A DNA stretch of 57,196 bases from an uncultured Clostridia bacterium (lineage in GTDB: Bacteria; Bacillota; Clostridia; Oscillospirales; Oscillospiraceae), in contig CAMVKI010000001.1 in NCBI GenBank assembly GCA_947168005.1, positions 1-57,196 of the forward strand, given 5' to 3'. Positions within the stretch are counted from its first letter, which is position 1. The number at the start of each line of letters is the position of its first letter. Below are positions 32,308 through 41,749 of this stretch, one piece after another. The notes beneath the pieces are model-generated. The model was not told where the DNA came from. It did no database searches and was given only the letters and a program-made list of their open reading frames with translations. Made by a program: the position numbers and the translations under genes.

Positions 32308-32781
32308 CTACTTTCCAAAGTATCGATGCCGTTCAGACGGCAGGCAGATCAGGTCCGGGATAAACTTCAACGCAGTACTCAACATAAACGAACCCAGGGG
32401 CAGAAACAGGAGCAGAATGATCTGCCAGCCTTTTGCAGGAAGAATGAGGAAGGAGAAGAACCCGATCACCGTCAGAACTGCACAAAGCAGGCTGAAAAGG
32501 TGCAAGTACCAACACAGATGCAAATAGCCCCCACGGTTTTTGGCGTGCTTCCAATGGCTGTATAAAAGCACTTTATCCGGAAGCGAATAAGTTTTGAACA
32601 AACGACGCTTTCGTTTTCCGGACCATTTCGGGTATCCATATTCCGCAATTTCTTCCTTTGCCAGATACCAGTTCACAAGGTATATTGCTGCGCCAAAGAA
32701 CAGGCACATCAGCCCGATTCCGAGTTTTTGCAGAAAAGTGAAATCTACTGTTTCGTTCCAGAGTTCAATCAGACGTTCCAT
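32308..32781 (-). CDS. hypothetical membrane protein
   Basis: 157 aa with 4 hydrophobic helices. GGAGGA RBS. First gene after a long leader. Confidence 0.55.
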   Translation of the reverse strand: MERLIELWNETVDFTFLQKLGIGLMCLFFGAAIYLVNWYLAKEEIAEYGYPKWSGKRKRRLFKTYSLPDKVLLYSHWKHAKNRGGYLHLCWYLHLFSLLCAVLTVIGFFSFLILPAKGWQIILLLFLPLGSFMLSTALKFIPDLICLPSERHRYFGK

Positions 32782-32965
32782 TGTTCCTCCATATCATGGC
32801 GCACACTGTGCTCCGCTACCGTTTGGAAAAAGAAAAACCCACACACGCATTCGTGCATGAGTCTCGTTTTTCAGGGCGCACCGGCAGCGAAGCTGCGGGA
32901 TGACGGCAGGCCCCCGTCCTGGAGGACGGAACTACTCCCTCGTGGGTATTCAAGATTGCACGCAT

Positions 32966-32993
32966 ATTATACCACGCCCCGGCCCTTTGTCAA
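32966..32993 (-). promoter_or_regulatory. strong extended -10 promoter
   Basis: On the minus strand: TTGACA (32993->32988), 16 nt, then TGgTATAAT (32974->32966). The next start codon is about 180 nt downstream. Confidence 0.5.
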
Positions 32994-33039
32994 GAGGGCC
33001 GGGGAGAATTTTATCAGAACAACTGAACTAACAACTGAA

Positions 33040-34053
33040 CTATGGGGAAAAAGCTCCCGCGATCGCTGCCGCAGGGAGTACGGAGAAAGCAGCCAGAACA
33101 AAGGACCCCCAGAAGAAGGCGCTCCATTGCTCCACCTGGGCCCGTTCCGCGCTGTCGCAGACCAGCCGGTCTTTTTTGTTGGAGAGGACCCAGCCGGAGA
33201 CGATAAAGTGGACCGCCAGCACGAACAGGCCGGCATTCATCCAGTCGACAAAAAAGGCGGCGACGATGTTGACAATAACAAATCCGATCTGGACAAAAGA
33301 TGCCGCCCGGTAATAATCTCTCAGGAAGCGGGCCTCGGCGCTTTGAAACACCAGCCTCTTTTCAGATGGCGCTTGCCGCGCCTCGGTATCCCGGCGTACA
33401 TTTTGGCCTTCCTCGCGCCGCAAGACCGCGGCGGCTTTGGCATCCCTGCGCTTCTCCAGCAGCAGAGAGATTCCCAGGCCGATCGCTGCCAGGAAAGCGA
33501 GCAATAGCCACATAGCGCTGATGAACAGGCAGTGCCACCAGGGCCTAGATACAACGGCGGTGCGTTCTCCGTTTTCTCCCTCACGGAACACTTCATTCGC
33601 GTCAAAAAGGAAGGGCCCCGCACGACGGCCGTCGGCGGTCTGCGTATCCCAGTTGGAGTGGGCCACGGGCAACTCCTCCGCCCTGGCCATGCCAAGAAAG
33701 CTTCCATCGACGGCGTCATAGCGGTAGGCATCGTCCTGGAAGATCACAAGCTCTCCGTTCAGAAGTTCGAACTCGGAATTGCGCATCCAGGGCGTGCCCA
33801 CGGACCACAGGAAGGTTCCCGCCCCATCATAGACGTTGACGCGGTTGGCGTCGTTGTAGCAGACATAGAGCCGGTTCATATCCTCATCCCAGAGGACTGT
33901 TTCAATGACATCCGGGATGTAGGATTCCGGGCGCAGCTTCTCATAGTCCATATAGCTCCGGGTACAGAGGAGCCGCCCCAGCAGGGCCAGGGCAACGGAA
34001 CCCATAAAGAGGAGCCCCAGCAGCGTATTCCATTTGGAATTGCGAAGACGCAT
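33040..34053 (-). CDS. hypothetical membrane protein with an extracytoplasmic beta-rich domain
   Basis: 337 aa. N-terminal TM helix, a soluble domain of about 170 aa, then 3-4 C-terminal TM helices. Confidence 0.55.
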   Translation of the reverse strand: MRLRNSKWNTLLGLLFMGSVALALLGRLLCTRSYMDYEKLRPESYIPDVIETVLWDEDMNRLYVCYNDANRVNVYDGAGTFLWSVGTPWMRNSEFELLNGELVIFQDDAYRYDAVDGSFLGMARAEELPVAHSNWDTQTADGRRAGPFLFDANEVFREGENGERTAVVSRPWWHCLFISAMWLLLAFLAAIGLGISLLLEKRRDAKAAAVLRREEGQNVRRDTEARQAPSEKRLVFQSAEARFLRDYYRAASFVQIGFVIVNIVAAFFVDWMNAGLFVLAVHFIVSGWVLSNKKDRLVCDSAERAQVEQWSAFFWGSFVLAAFSVLPAAAIAGAFSP

Positions 34054-34073
34054 GACGGTCTCCTTTCATCCGA

Positions 34074-34958
34074 TCAGTTCTTTTGCTGAAAACGCTCCTG
34101 GAAGCGTAGCCGGTCATAGGGATAGACCAGAAACGGCAAAACGTCGCTCTGCGCAGCGCAGAAATCCATGAGGGGAGCTACGTAACGGTCCAGGAGTGTG
34201 CCTTGCAGATCAATAGAGACTGCAGAGCGTGGGATTTTCTTGCGGCCCATGTCGTCGGATTTCAACTCCGTGTCGGCAAAATAGAGGGTGTAAAGGACAT
34301 GATCCCGGTCGTGTGCAAAATAGGCCACGCCGTAATCCTGGATCTGGTCCCAGGACAGCCGCTTTGTGCGAAGCAGATTTCGCAGCATGATTCCATCCCG
34401 ATTCAAAGTCAGCCTGCGGGGCCGCACAAAGATCGCGGAGAATACGAAGAACAGCGAGAGGACAAACCACGCCGAAAGGATAATCAGCTCCCCGACCGTC
34501 GCAAAGTCCCAGTGCCATTCCGACCATCTCGGCAGCGCTTCCACGATCATACTGCCGGAAAGAAAGATCAGCCACAGCGAGATGATGGCTGCGATGATAT
34601 ACCAAACGCCCCAGCGGATCACAATACGGTCCCCCTGAATCTCGACCCGGCTCTCCTCAAACAGCCCCCGTTTGGGGGAGGGCTGTCCCGCCGTGCGGCA
34701 TAAGGCCTTCATGTTTTCTTCTGCGGCGGCGGGGGCTTCCTCCGGGCTCAGGCGTTTGCCGCTGAGCAGCTCGTTGATCGTGCAGCCCAACGCTTCCGCC
34801 AGGGCAGGCAGCAGGCTGATATCCGGGTAGCCCTTGCCGGTCTCCCATCGGGAAACGGCCTTATCCGTAACGCACAGCCGCTCAGCCAGTTCCTTTTGGG
34901 TCAAGCCCATTTCCTTGCGCAAGGCGGCGATCCACGCGCCGGTTTGAGTGGGGTCCAT
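34074..34958 (-). CDS. XRE-family HTH regulator fused to a membrane domain
   Basis: N-terminal HTH MGLTQKELAERLCVTDKAVSRWETGKGYP, followed by TM helices. Confidence 0.75.
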   Translation of the reverse strand: MDPTQTGAWIAALRKEMGLTQKELAERLCVTDKAVSRWETGKGYPDISLLPALAEALGCTINELLSGKRLSPEEAPAAAEENMKALCRTAGQPSPKRGLFEESRVEIQGDRIVIRWGVWYIIAAIISLWLIFLSGSMIVEALPRWSEWHWDFATVGELIILSAWFVLSLFFVFSAIFVRPRRLTLNRDGIMLRNLLRTKRLSWDQIQDYGVAYFAHDRDHVLYTLYFADTELKSDDMGRKKIPRSAVSIDLQGTLLDRYVAPLMDFCAAQSDVLPFLVYPYDRLRFQERFQQKN

Positions 34959-35032
34959 AGATTGCCCTCCTCGTTCTTGATAGCTCCATGTTACTGCGAA
35001 AGGGCAAGGATGTCACCCTATGAATCGTAGAA

Positions 35033-36379
35033 TCAGAAAGGCGCGGGCTTATTTCGGATGATCCGCAGGAAGCGGTCTACGTATTGCTGATCCAATTCGC
35101 AGTACTCCCAGTTTGTATCCGAGGCGGTCTTGGGGATCCCCAGCTCCATCAGGGCGGCGTCAAACTCTTCCAGCTCTAAGTAGGTCGCGTCTGCTTCTCC
35201 GAAACGAACGACGTCGTTGTTGGGCTGTGGTGCGTGGAAGACGGCTTCGGCGCCGTCGTTCAGTATGATCCGATAAGAGAACTGCCCCCGCCGTCTGTAT
35301 TCCGCCGGAGAAAACCAGGCGCTGCCGAAGTCGGTCTCCACCCGGGCTACGTCGGTATAGGCATATTCCACACCCGCGGGTCGGAGGGGCGTGTGGCGCA
35401 GAATCGTCGTCTCAGTCACATAGGTCCCGCTGGTAAAGCAGCAGTAGACCAGAAGCAACAGGACGGGAATCGAGATCCGCCATGTCCGGCGGACAAAGCG
35501 AAGAAATGAGGCTGTGTCCTTGATATCCTCTGCCGCCAGCTGACGGCGGCTGACAAGGACGCCCACGGCGGAGAGAACCAGCAAAACGCTCAGAAGGATC
35601 AAGCCCAGGTCCGCCCACCAGGGAGCCTCGTAGAAAAGCCAGCCCACTGGGGCAAACAGCCGCTCCCGGGTCAGAAAAAGGCCGACAGCCAGACCAATAC
35701 TTCCCAAAACGGTCAGCAGAACCAGCGGAAGTAAGGCACGGTTTCGGCGGTTGGCCTCCCGGCTCAGGTTCTGCCGCCGCCGGTTCACACGGAAATAGCT
35801 CTCCCATTGCAGGGTCAGGGCCGCCGCGGAAAACAATGCCGCCGCAGCTGTGACGGGCAGGCTCTCCCAGCGTCGGGTAAAGACCCGGAAGAAGAGCCAG
35901 CCGATGGGCCCAAGCCAGACAAAGGAGGAGAGAATCATGGTTGGGAGGCTCACGCACATGGTTTGCTCCAAAACACCGAGCATGCCCCGCCCTTCGTCGC
36001 TTTCGATGAAGGATACCGTCTCGACATATTCGGCAATGACAGCGGACCGACCCTCAGATTTCCAGTCCTCGGCCAGCTTTTCACAGAGCCGCTGCCGGCC
36101 CAAGGCGTGCTGACTTTCCTCCTCCAGCCTGCGGGACAGTCCGTTCAGCGTCTCGGGCAGCTCTCCCCAGTTCTTCTCCGCCTCGGCGGCGATCTCCTCT
36201 ACGGACAGACCCAGCCAGCGGAGCAGCTTGATCAGCTTCAGCCGCTCGATGTCTTCGTCTGTATACTGCCGGTAGGCGTTCTCCGGGCCGCGTTCCACCC
36301 GGAGCAGTCCCTTACTCTCATAATAGCGGATGCTTTTCTGTGAAAGTCCTGTGCGCTCAGCGGCGTCCTTGATGGTCAT
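35033..36379 (-). CDS. MerR-family HTH regulator fused to a polytopic membrane domain
   Basis: Start at MTIKDAAERTGLSQKSIRYYESKGLL (AAAGGAG upstream). At least 5 C-terminal TM helices. Confidence 0.75.
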   Translation of the reverse strand: MTIKDAAERTGLSQKSIRYYESKGLLRVERGPENAYRQYTDEDIERLKLIKLLRWLGLSVEEIAAEAEKNWGELPETLNGLSRRLEEESQHALGRQRLCEKLAEDWKSEGRSAVIAEYVETVSFIESDEGRGMLGVLEQTMCVSLPTMILSSFVWLGPIGWLFFRVFTRRWESLPVTAAAALFSAAALTLQWESYFRVNRRRQNLSREANRRNRALLPLVLLTVLGSIGLAVGLFLTRERLFAPVGWLFYEAPWWADLGLILLSVLLVLSAVGVLVSRRQLAAEDIKDTASFLRFVRRTWRISIPVLLLLVYCCFTSGTYVTETTILRHTPLRPAGVEYAYTDVARVETDFGSAWFSPAEYRRRGQFSYRIILNDGAEAVFHAPQPNNDVVRFGEADATYLELEEFDAALMELGIPKTASDTNWEYCELDQQYVDRFLRIIRNKPAPF

Positions 36380-36479
36380 GCTCGTATCTCCTTTCGGGTT
36401 TGTTTCTACCCGAAGCATACACCCTCCCCCAAGGGGAAGGTCAAGAGTCTTAATCAAAAAAACGCTTTATTTTGAACAT

Positions 36480-37312
36480 TTAATCTGTCGGAAAGTCCCA
36501 ATTTCTGGTCTTCGGGTCTGCCAGCAGTTCTCGCAGGGCTTCTTCCTCGGTGCCGAACAGGGATGGTCCGAAGCCCAGGTCCGGCTGCCACATGGCGGGC
36601 TTGGGGTGCTTGTCCGCGCGGCTGAGGTAGATCCAGTCCTCTTCCGACACGATTTCCAGGCGTTCCAGATGGTAGGTAAACAGCTTGTCCTTTCGCTGCA
36701 GTACCACGGCCCGCTGCAGCTTGTCCGGGCTGTAGAAGACCCGGAGCGTTTTGCAAAGAGGGTAGTCCGGGGCTTGCCGGGACATTTCTGCCGCCAGGGT
36801 TGCGTTGTCCGGGATCGGAGGGATCGTGCTCGCCGCATTTTTTGTTTTGCGCCGGAAGACGTCTCGGAGAAAGTCAGGAAAGCGCCGCTTGCCGGCAGGC
36901 GCGGCGGCCCAGGCGCAGGGGATTTTCACGCCCCAGACCGTGATGTAGAAATAGGGCTCATCCTGCTCGTTTGGGTAATAAGCCTCCGCGTCTTTTCCGC
37001 CCGGCTCAAAGCTCAGCCGCAGCTCGTCGGTGTCCTCCAATCCCGTTTCCTCTACGCTGCCTGCAAGGATGGACCCGCTCACGGTGTAGTGGACCGCCGC
37101 GTACTCGATCACGCCGCCCTGCTCATAGGGCTCCGTCTCGTCCGGTCTGGCCGGGTCCACACCGAAGCGCTCCAGCAGCTCTGTCAGCTTCGGACACCGC
37201 TGCCTGACGTTCTCCCGATAGTAACGGCAGTAAGCAGCGTATTGGATTGGTAGTAGGTCCTGGTGCGCTCCAGATCCGCGTCAAAGACGCTTCCGTCTAG
37301 CTTCAGTTCCAT
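36480..37312 (-). pseudogene. frameshifted paralogue of 39276..40115
   Basis: Nucleotide-level homologue of the gene 2.8 kb away. Compared with the intact copy it lacks about 10 nt near 37225-37235, so the ATG at 37312 reads into a stop and the Cys cluster (CTCTYCRHY) is lost. The track ORF 36480..37160 is the remaining open part. Confidence 0.55.
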
Positions 37313-37374
37313 GTCAGCCTCCAACCGCTTCCCGAAAAGGGACGAACTTATCCTTCAGGGCTTTTCGGTATATA

Positions 37375-37593
37375 TCAGAACCAATAGCCTCTGAATATAT
37401 AACTGCAAAGACCGGTCAATCCGAAAAAAAGAAGGATCGATATGGTCATAATCAGTATTTTGACCGTAACGCGCAGAGCCTTGTTCTCAATGCCATTCAG
37501 TTTTGATTTGATCCGTTCCAGTTTCGATCGAAACGGAAGAAAAATAATAGTAAGAAGGAGTTCCAAAATATCGTCCATATCAAAAATAGTCAA
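37375..37593 (-). CDS. small hypothetical membrane protein
   Basis: 72 aa with two hydrophobic helices. 4-nt overlap with the upstream stop. Confidence 0.4.
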   Translation of the reverse strand: MTIFDMDDILELLLTIIFLPFRSKLERIKSKLNGIENKALRVTVKILIMTISILLFFGLTGLCSYIFRGYWF

Positions 37594-37985
37594 TCCATCG
37601 GCTCATAAGCAATGGCTGATAAACGAGCGGGGAGCTCGCTTGCTTCCACCAAGGATATGTCGCCATAAGGTGAAGAAAGAGGTTTTTCCAGGGATTCCAA
37701 GTACATGTAGTATACGACTCTTGTAGTATTGCCGGGCAGCGCCTTGTGATCGAAAAAGTCTCCAATGACTGTTTCCCCATTTTTATCGAGATAGCGTTCG
37801 TCATATGGGGCTTGCCAATCGCGCTTGTCCTTCGCTTCGTCCTTCTGAAGAATGCTGCTAATGTCAACAAGCGCCGGGGGCTGATTGATGATAAGCTCGA
37901 TCATGTAGGTATCTTCTTTGCCCGGAACGTGATATACGCCTACTAACTTTACCGTTTCGTCTTTCATGTGCTTTTTATTCCTCAT
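37590..37985 (-). CDS. hypothetical small cytoplasmic protein (immunity-protein-like)
   Basis: 131 aa, acidic, no TM helix. Lies in the AT-richer cluster of small genes. Confidence 0.45.
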   Translation of the reverse strand: MRNKKHMKDETVKLVGVYHVPGKEDTYMIELIINQPPALVDISSILQKDEAKDKRDWQAPYDERYLDKNGETVIGDFFDHKALPGNTTRVVYYMYLESLEKPLSSPYGDISLVEASELPARLSAIAYEPMD

Positions 37986-38016
37986 TTTATTTCTGGTTCA
38001 TTCTTCGCTTCAACCG

Positions 38017-38532
38017 CTAAACAGTAACAATGTAATGCTTAAATTTTCCGTCTGAGAAAGCGACGGTGGTCGAACGGCTTTCTGCTGGGGTATCATTAAC
38101 CTGCGCGGTACTTGTAAAAGTGACTGTTTCTGCAGCATGATCAATGGAAATATCCAAAGTGAATTTGGAAATATTCCACCAGTTATATTGATAAATCACA
38201 GCTTCTAATGGTGCGTTCAATCCATCTACGTTGATCATCAGCGAATATGGGCCGTATTCGCCGCCATGAATGGAAATCCTGGCCCCGTCTGTGCCATTAC
38301 GAACTCCAACTTCGACTTCGTTCATAAAGTCTTGTTGTCCGGTCACATCACTTCTTTGCAAATCATACTCTTCACCGTCTATTGTAATATGAACGGTTCC
38401 GGAGATTCTGTCTCCGAAATAGAAAAACCGATAATACAAAGGCTTCATAAATAAATATGAAATCCCTGCAAACAGCAAAATGACAGCAAGAATGACTGTT
38501 ATGATTTTGGTTGCTTTTTTGACAGCGCTCAT
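38017..38532 (-). CDS. hypothetical membrane-anchored protein
   Basis: 171 aa. N-terminal TM helix IITVILAVILLFAGISYLF and a beta-rich ectodomain. Confidence 0.5.
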   Translation of the reverse strand: MSAVKKATKIITVILAVILLFAGISYLFMKPLYYRFFYFGDRISGTVHITIDGEEYDLQRSDVTGQQDFMNEVEVGVRNGTDGARISIHGGEYGPYSLMINVDGLNAPLEAVIYQYNWWNISKFTLDISIDHAAETVTFTSTAQVNDTPAESRSTTVAFSDGKFKHYIVTV

Positions 38533-38628
38533 AATGATCCTCCCCGACTGACTATGTCAATTCTTGATTTGAGCCTACAGTGCGAACCCTGGTATCCTCT
38601 TTTGTTCCCAGCGAAAAAGATGCCGGAT

Positions 38629-39243
38629 TCAACCGTACCCGTGGTCTACATGGCGCCAGGGGCCGCCCTCAGAGCGAACCAGAATCCACTTCCAACCGGT
38701 ATAGCTTCGGTTGGGCTCAAAGGAACCGTCTCCGCCGGTTTCATCCACATCCAAAGTCGAAGTCAGAATGATAACCTGATTGAAATCTCCCCAGGTTTCA
38801 AAATGTCCCTGCTCCCGCTCGCTCAAATAGTATTTCATCTCTTTTTCTGTCACTTCGTCGCCCGCGTACTCGATTTCGCGCAGTGTGCAGCCGGACCAGC
38901 TGTCATCCTTAGCCCAGTAGGGGTCAAACTCCTTTTTGATCACCGCAATGGCATTGTTAATTTCTGACACATGATACAGCTTGGACACCTCGGAAAAGCT
39001 CTCCTCCTCATCCGCAACAATTTGCGTCCCGTCATAGACGGGAATAAAGCCCAGGAGTGTTACCTGCGGTCCAATACGCCACCCTTCATCAACTCCCAAC
39101 ATTTCATGGTATTTGGTATACTGCCAAAGGATCGCGTACCAGCCTTCACTGCCCCCGTCTGACATATAGACGTGCATCGGTGTGCAGGCCAGGACAAGCA
39201 GAACGATGAGAACGATGATTCTGACGCGAACATGTTTTTTCAT
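38629..39243 (-). CDS. hypothetical lipoprotein
   Basis: Start at MKKHVRVRIIVLIVLLVLAC (lipobox LVLAC). 204 aa. Confidence 0.5.
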   Translation of the reverse strand: MKKHVRVRIIVLIVLLVLACTPMHVYMSDGGSEGWYAILWQYTKYHEMLGVDEGWRIGPQVTLLGFIPVYDGTQIVADEEESFSEVSKLYHVSEINNAIAVIKKEFDPYWAKDDSWSGCTLREIEYAGDEVTEKEMKYYLSEREQGHFETWGDFNQVIILTSTLDVDETGGDGSFEPNRSYTGWKWILVRSEGGPWRHVDHGYG

Positions 39244-39275
39244 AAAAGACACCTCTAAACCTTCATAAAGAATGG

Positions 39276-40115
39276 TCACGCATCAATCGTCCAGCCTTGG
39301 GTCTTCGGATCGGCCCGCAGCTCCCGCAGGGCTTCTTCCTCGGTGCCGAACAGAGACGGTCCGAAGGCCAGATCCGGCTGCCAAATGGCGGGCTTGGGAT
39401 GCTTGTCCGCGCGGCTGAGGTAGATCCAGTCCTCTTCCGACACGATTTCCAGGCGTTCCAGATGGTAGGTAAACAGCTTGTCCTTTCGCTGCAGTACCAC
39501 GGCCCGCTGCAGCTTGTCCGGGCTGTAGAAGACCCGGAGCGTTTTGCAAAGAGGGTAGTCCGGAGCCTGCCTGGACATTTCCTCCGCCAGGGTTGCGTCG
39601 TCCGGGATCGGGGGGATCGCGCGAGACGCATCTTTCGTTTTGCGGCGGAAGACGTCTCGGAGCAAGGCACGAAAGCTCCGCTTTCTGGCAGGCGCGGCTG
39701 CCCAGGCACAGGGAATTTTCACGCCCCAGACCGTGATGTAGAAATAGGGCTCTTCCTGCTCGTTCGGGTAGTAAGCCTCCGCGCCTTTTCCGCCCGGCTC
39801 GAAGTTCAGCCGCAGCGCTTCCGTGTCCTCCAATCGCGTTTCCTTCTTGCTGCCCGCAAGGATGGACCCGCTCACGGTGTAGTGGACCGCCGCATACTCG
39901 ATCACGCCGTCCTGCTCATAGGACTCCGTCTCGTCCGGTCTGGTTGCGTCCACACCGAAGCGTTCCAGCAGCTCTTCCAGCTTCGGATACCGCTGCCGGA
40001 CGATCTCCCGATAGTGGCGGCAATAGGTGCAGGTGCAAAGCGTGTTCGATTGGTAATAGGCTCGGGTGCGCTCCAGGTCTACGTCAAAAACGCAGCCATC
40101 TATTTTGACATCCAT
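39276..40115 (-). CDS. hypothetical Cys-cluster protein (intact paralogue)
   Basis: Start at MDVKIDGCVF (GGAGGGAGG upstream). Contains CTCTYCRHY. Homologous over about 830 bp to 36480..37312. Confidence 0.6.
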   Translation of the reverse strand: MDVKIDGCVFDVDLERTRAYYQSNTLCTCTYCRHYREIVRQRYPKLEELLERFGVDATRPDETESYEQDGVIEYAAVHYTVSGSILAGSKKETRLEDTEALRLNFEPGGKGAEAYYPNEQEEPYFYITVWGVKIPCAWAAAPARKRSFRALLRDVFRRKTKDASRAIPPIPDDATLAEEMSRQAPDYPLCKTLRVFYSPDKLQRAVVLQRKDKLFTYHLERLEIVSEEDWIYLSRADKHPKPAIWQPDLAFGPSLFGTEEEALRELRADPKTQGWTIDA

Positions 40116-40135
40116 GGAATTGCCTCCCTCCACAT

Positions 40136-40597
40136 TCATAGCTTCTTTCTGGAAGTCCAAATCGCATATCCAATGCACGCGCCCGCCATGTTGAGGGAAA
40201 TATCTTCAATATCAAAGCTGCCGAGCATCGTGAGAATTTGGATGGTTTCCACCGCAATGAGCGTTACGAGCGTCAGGATCGCAAAGCGCCGGAAGAACCG
40301 CATCCGCTCGAAGCAGGCAGGCAGCAAGACGCCCCACGGGATAAAAAGAAGGATGTTTCCAAAGAAGTTCAATGCAAAGCGGAAAACAACTGACACAGGC
40401 AGCACCGGCGCTGTAAACAAATCATACACGCTCTTAAAAGGGATAAAGTTGTGCATTGCGTTCAGGTATTCCGGATAGGTCCAGGGATAATCAACTCCGA
40501 TTCTGCGGAAAAACAGGACATAGAGAAGAACGATCCCATAGATAGCAAGTATGGCGAGTATGATTTTGTTCTTATTTGCTTTCATAACCTTACTCAT
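40136..40597 (-). CDS. VanZ-like family membrane protein
   Basis: Start at MSKVMKANK (ATGA overlap with the upstream stop). Four TM helices and an NILLFIPWGVLLP motif typical of VanZ. Confidence 0.65.
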   Translation of the reverse strand: MSKVMKANKNKIILAILAIYGIVLLYVLFFRRIGVDYPWTYPEYLNAMHNFIPFKSVYDLFTAPVLPVSVVFRFALNFFGNILLFIPWGVLLPACFERMRFFRRFAILTLVTLIAVETIQILTMLGSFDIEDISLNMAGACIGYAIWTSRKKL

Positions 40598-41028
40598 ATA
40601 TTTTGTTCCATATCTGTCGTTGGGCCGTAGTTGATTTCCCAATTCAGAAAAGACCCTAAAGTTCCGCAGTTCACGCAACGGTCGCCCTCGTACACCCATC
40701 GGACATCACCGTTCTCACGCCGTTCAAACCCGATTCGAACATTGAACTGTTTGCAGGTCTTGCACACGCTGCATTTACGCAATCTGGGAGAGGCATCTTC
40801 CCAGTATTCCTCACAGTCGAGCAGGATCTTTTTTGTCCCGCACAGCGGACATTTTATCTGGATTACGCTTTCGTTCTGATCGACGCGCAATTCCAACGCA
40901 TCATTGCCGCACACATGACACACGACCGCTCGATAATCCAGATGTTCATTCTCTGAATATTCCCGAAGATACTCTTCAATATCTTCCGAAGAATCACCGG
41001 TCCAGTACTTTTTCGTCCGATCAATCAT
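40594..41028 (-). CDS. hypothetical zinc-ribbon protein
   Basis: 144 aa with four CxxC pairs: CHVCG, CPLCG, CSVCKTC, CVNCG. Confidence 0.5.
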   Translation of the reverse strand: MIDRTKKYWTGDSSEDIEEYLREYSENEHLDYRAVVCHVCGNDALELRVDQNESVIQIKCPLCGTKKILLDCEEYWEDASPRLRKCSVCKTCKQFNVRIGFERRENGDVRWVYEGDRCVNCGTLGSFLNWEINYGPTTDMEQNI

Positions 41029-41141
41029 TCTTCTTTTCTCCGATCTATTATCTTTGGTTCGACAGCAGAGCTTTTGGAAGGGTTGTGCAAAAAAGATGCC
41101 AGAGAATTATCAATGATACAGCCTGATTTGCGATGATGCAA

Positions 41142-41603
41142 TTAAATATCGTCGATTGTAAGCGTAAACTGTTCGATATGTTTTTTGATATAGGAGGCAT
41201 TCAAAAATTCCAGGTCTTCTTCGTACGCGAAAAAAGCATCGTCGCATTCTTCCAATACAGATGCAACGGAATCAGGTACGCTATCGAGAAATGTTCTTCT
41301 CTCATCCCAGTCAACGGGGATGTCATGACCAAAAGCGGCAACCGCTTTTTTGCAGATTTCTGCTGTTTTATGTGCACCGATTTTCATGAAGGCTTCCGCA
41401 ATCTCATTGGCAAATTGTCCGCTGGAATTATCAAAGAATTGCCAAAACCCGCCATTATTCACTTCCATTTCCAGTTCCTGTGTTATAAAGATAGTACGTT
41501 CATACGGGTTTAGTAGGTCGGGTTGCTGACCGTAATCGCAAATGCTGCAGAGACCCATGTAAATATCGTTAACCGATTCACCGTTAAGCATGTTGTCCAT
41601 CAT
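41142..41603 (-). CDS. DUF4375 / DMP19-like protein (immunity or DNA-mimic family)
   Basis: 153 aa. The E.EVNNGGF.QFF motif (ELEMEVNNGGFWQFFDN) is characteristic of the DMP19 C-terminal domain family. Confidence 0.6.
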   Translation of the reverse strand: MMDNMLNGESVNDIYMGLCSICDYGQQPDLLNPYERTIFITQELEMEVNNGGFWQFFDNSSGQFANEIAEAFMKIGAHKTAEICKKAVAAFGHDIPVDWDERRTFLDSVPDSVASVLEECDDAFFAYEEDLEFLNASYIKKHIEQFTLTIDDI

Positions 41604-41749
41604 AATCCTCCGTTTTCCTTCATGTTTTTATTGACGATATCCTTTGTAGGTTTGTTAGTATTATTTTACCACAACCGCAGATGAATGGCAAGAGGCGCGA
41701 AAGCGGAGCTCTGTCCGCTTTCGTGCCATCGCATTTCAGTATGGTTCAT

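Noticed and set aside
32825-32950. Assigning the leader specifically to the yybP-ykoY manganese riboswitch class
   Set aside because: Only the GGGAGUAG-like element matches. I could not find the second conserved half of the four-way junction, and the downstream gene is not a recognisable Mn exporter. I kept it only as a generic structured leader.
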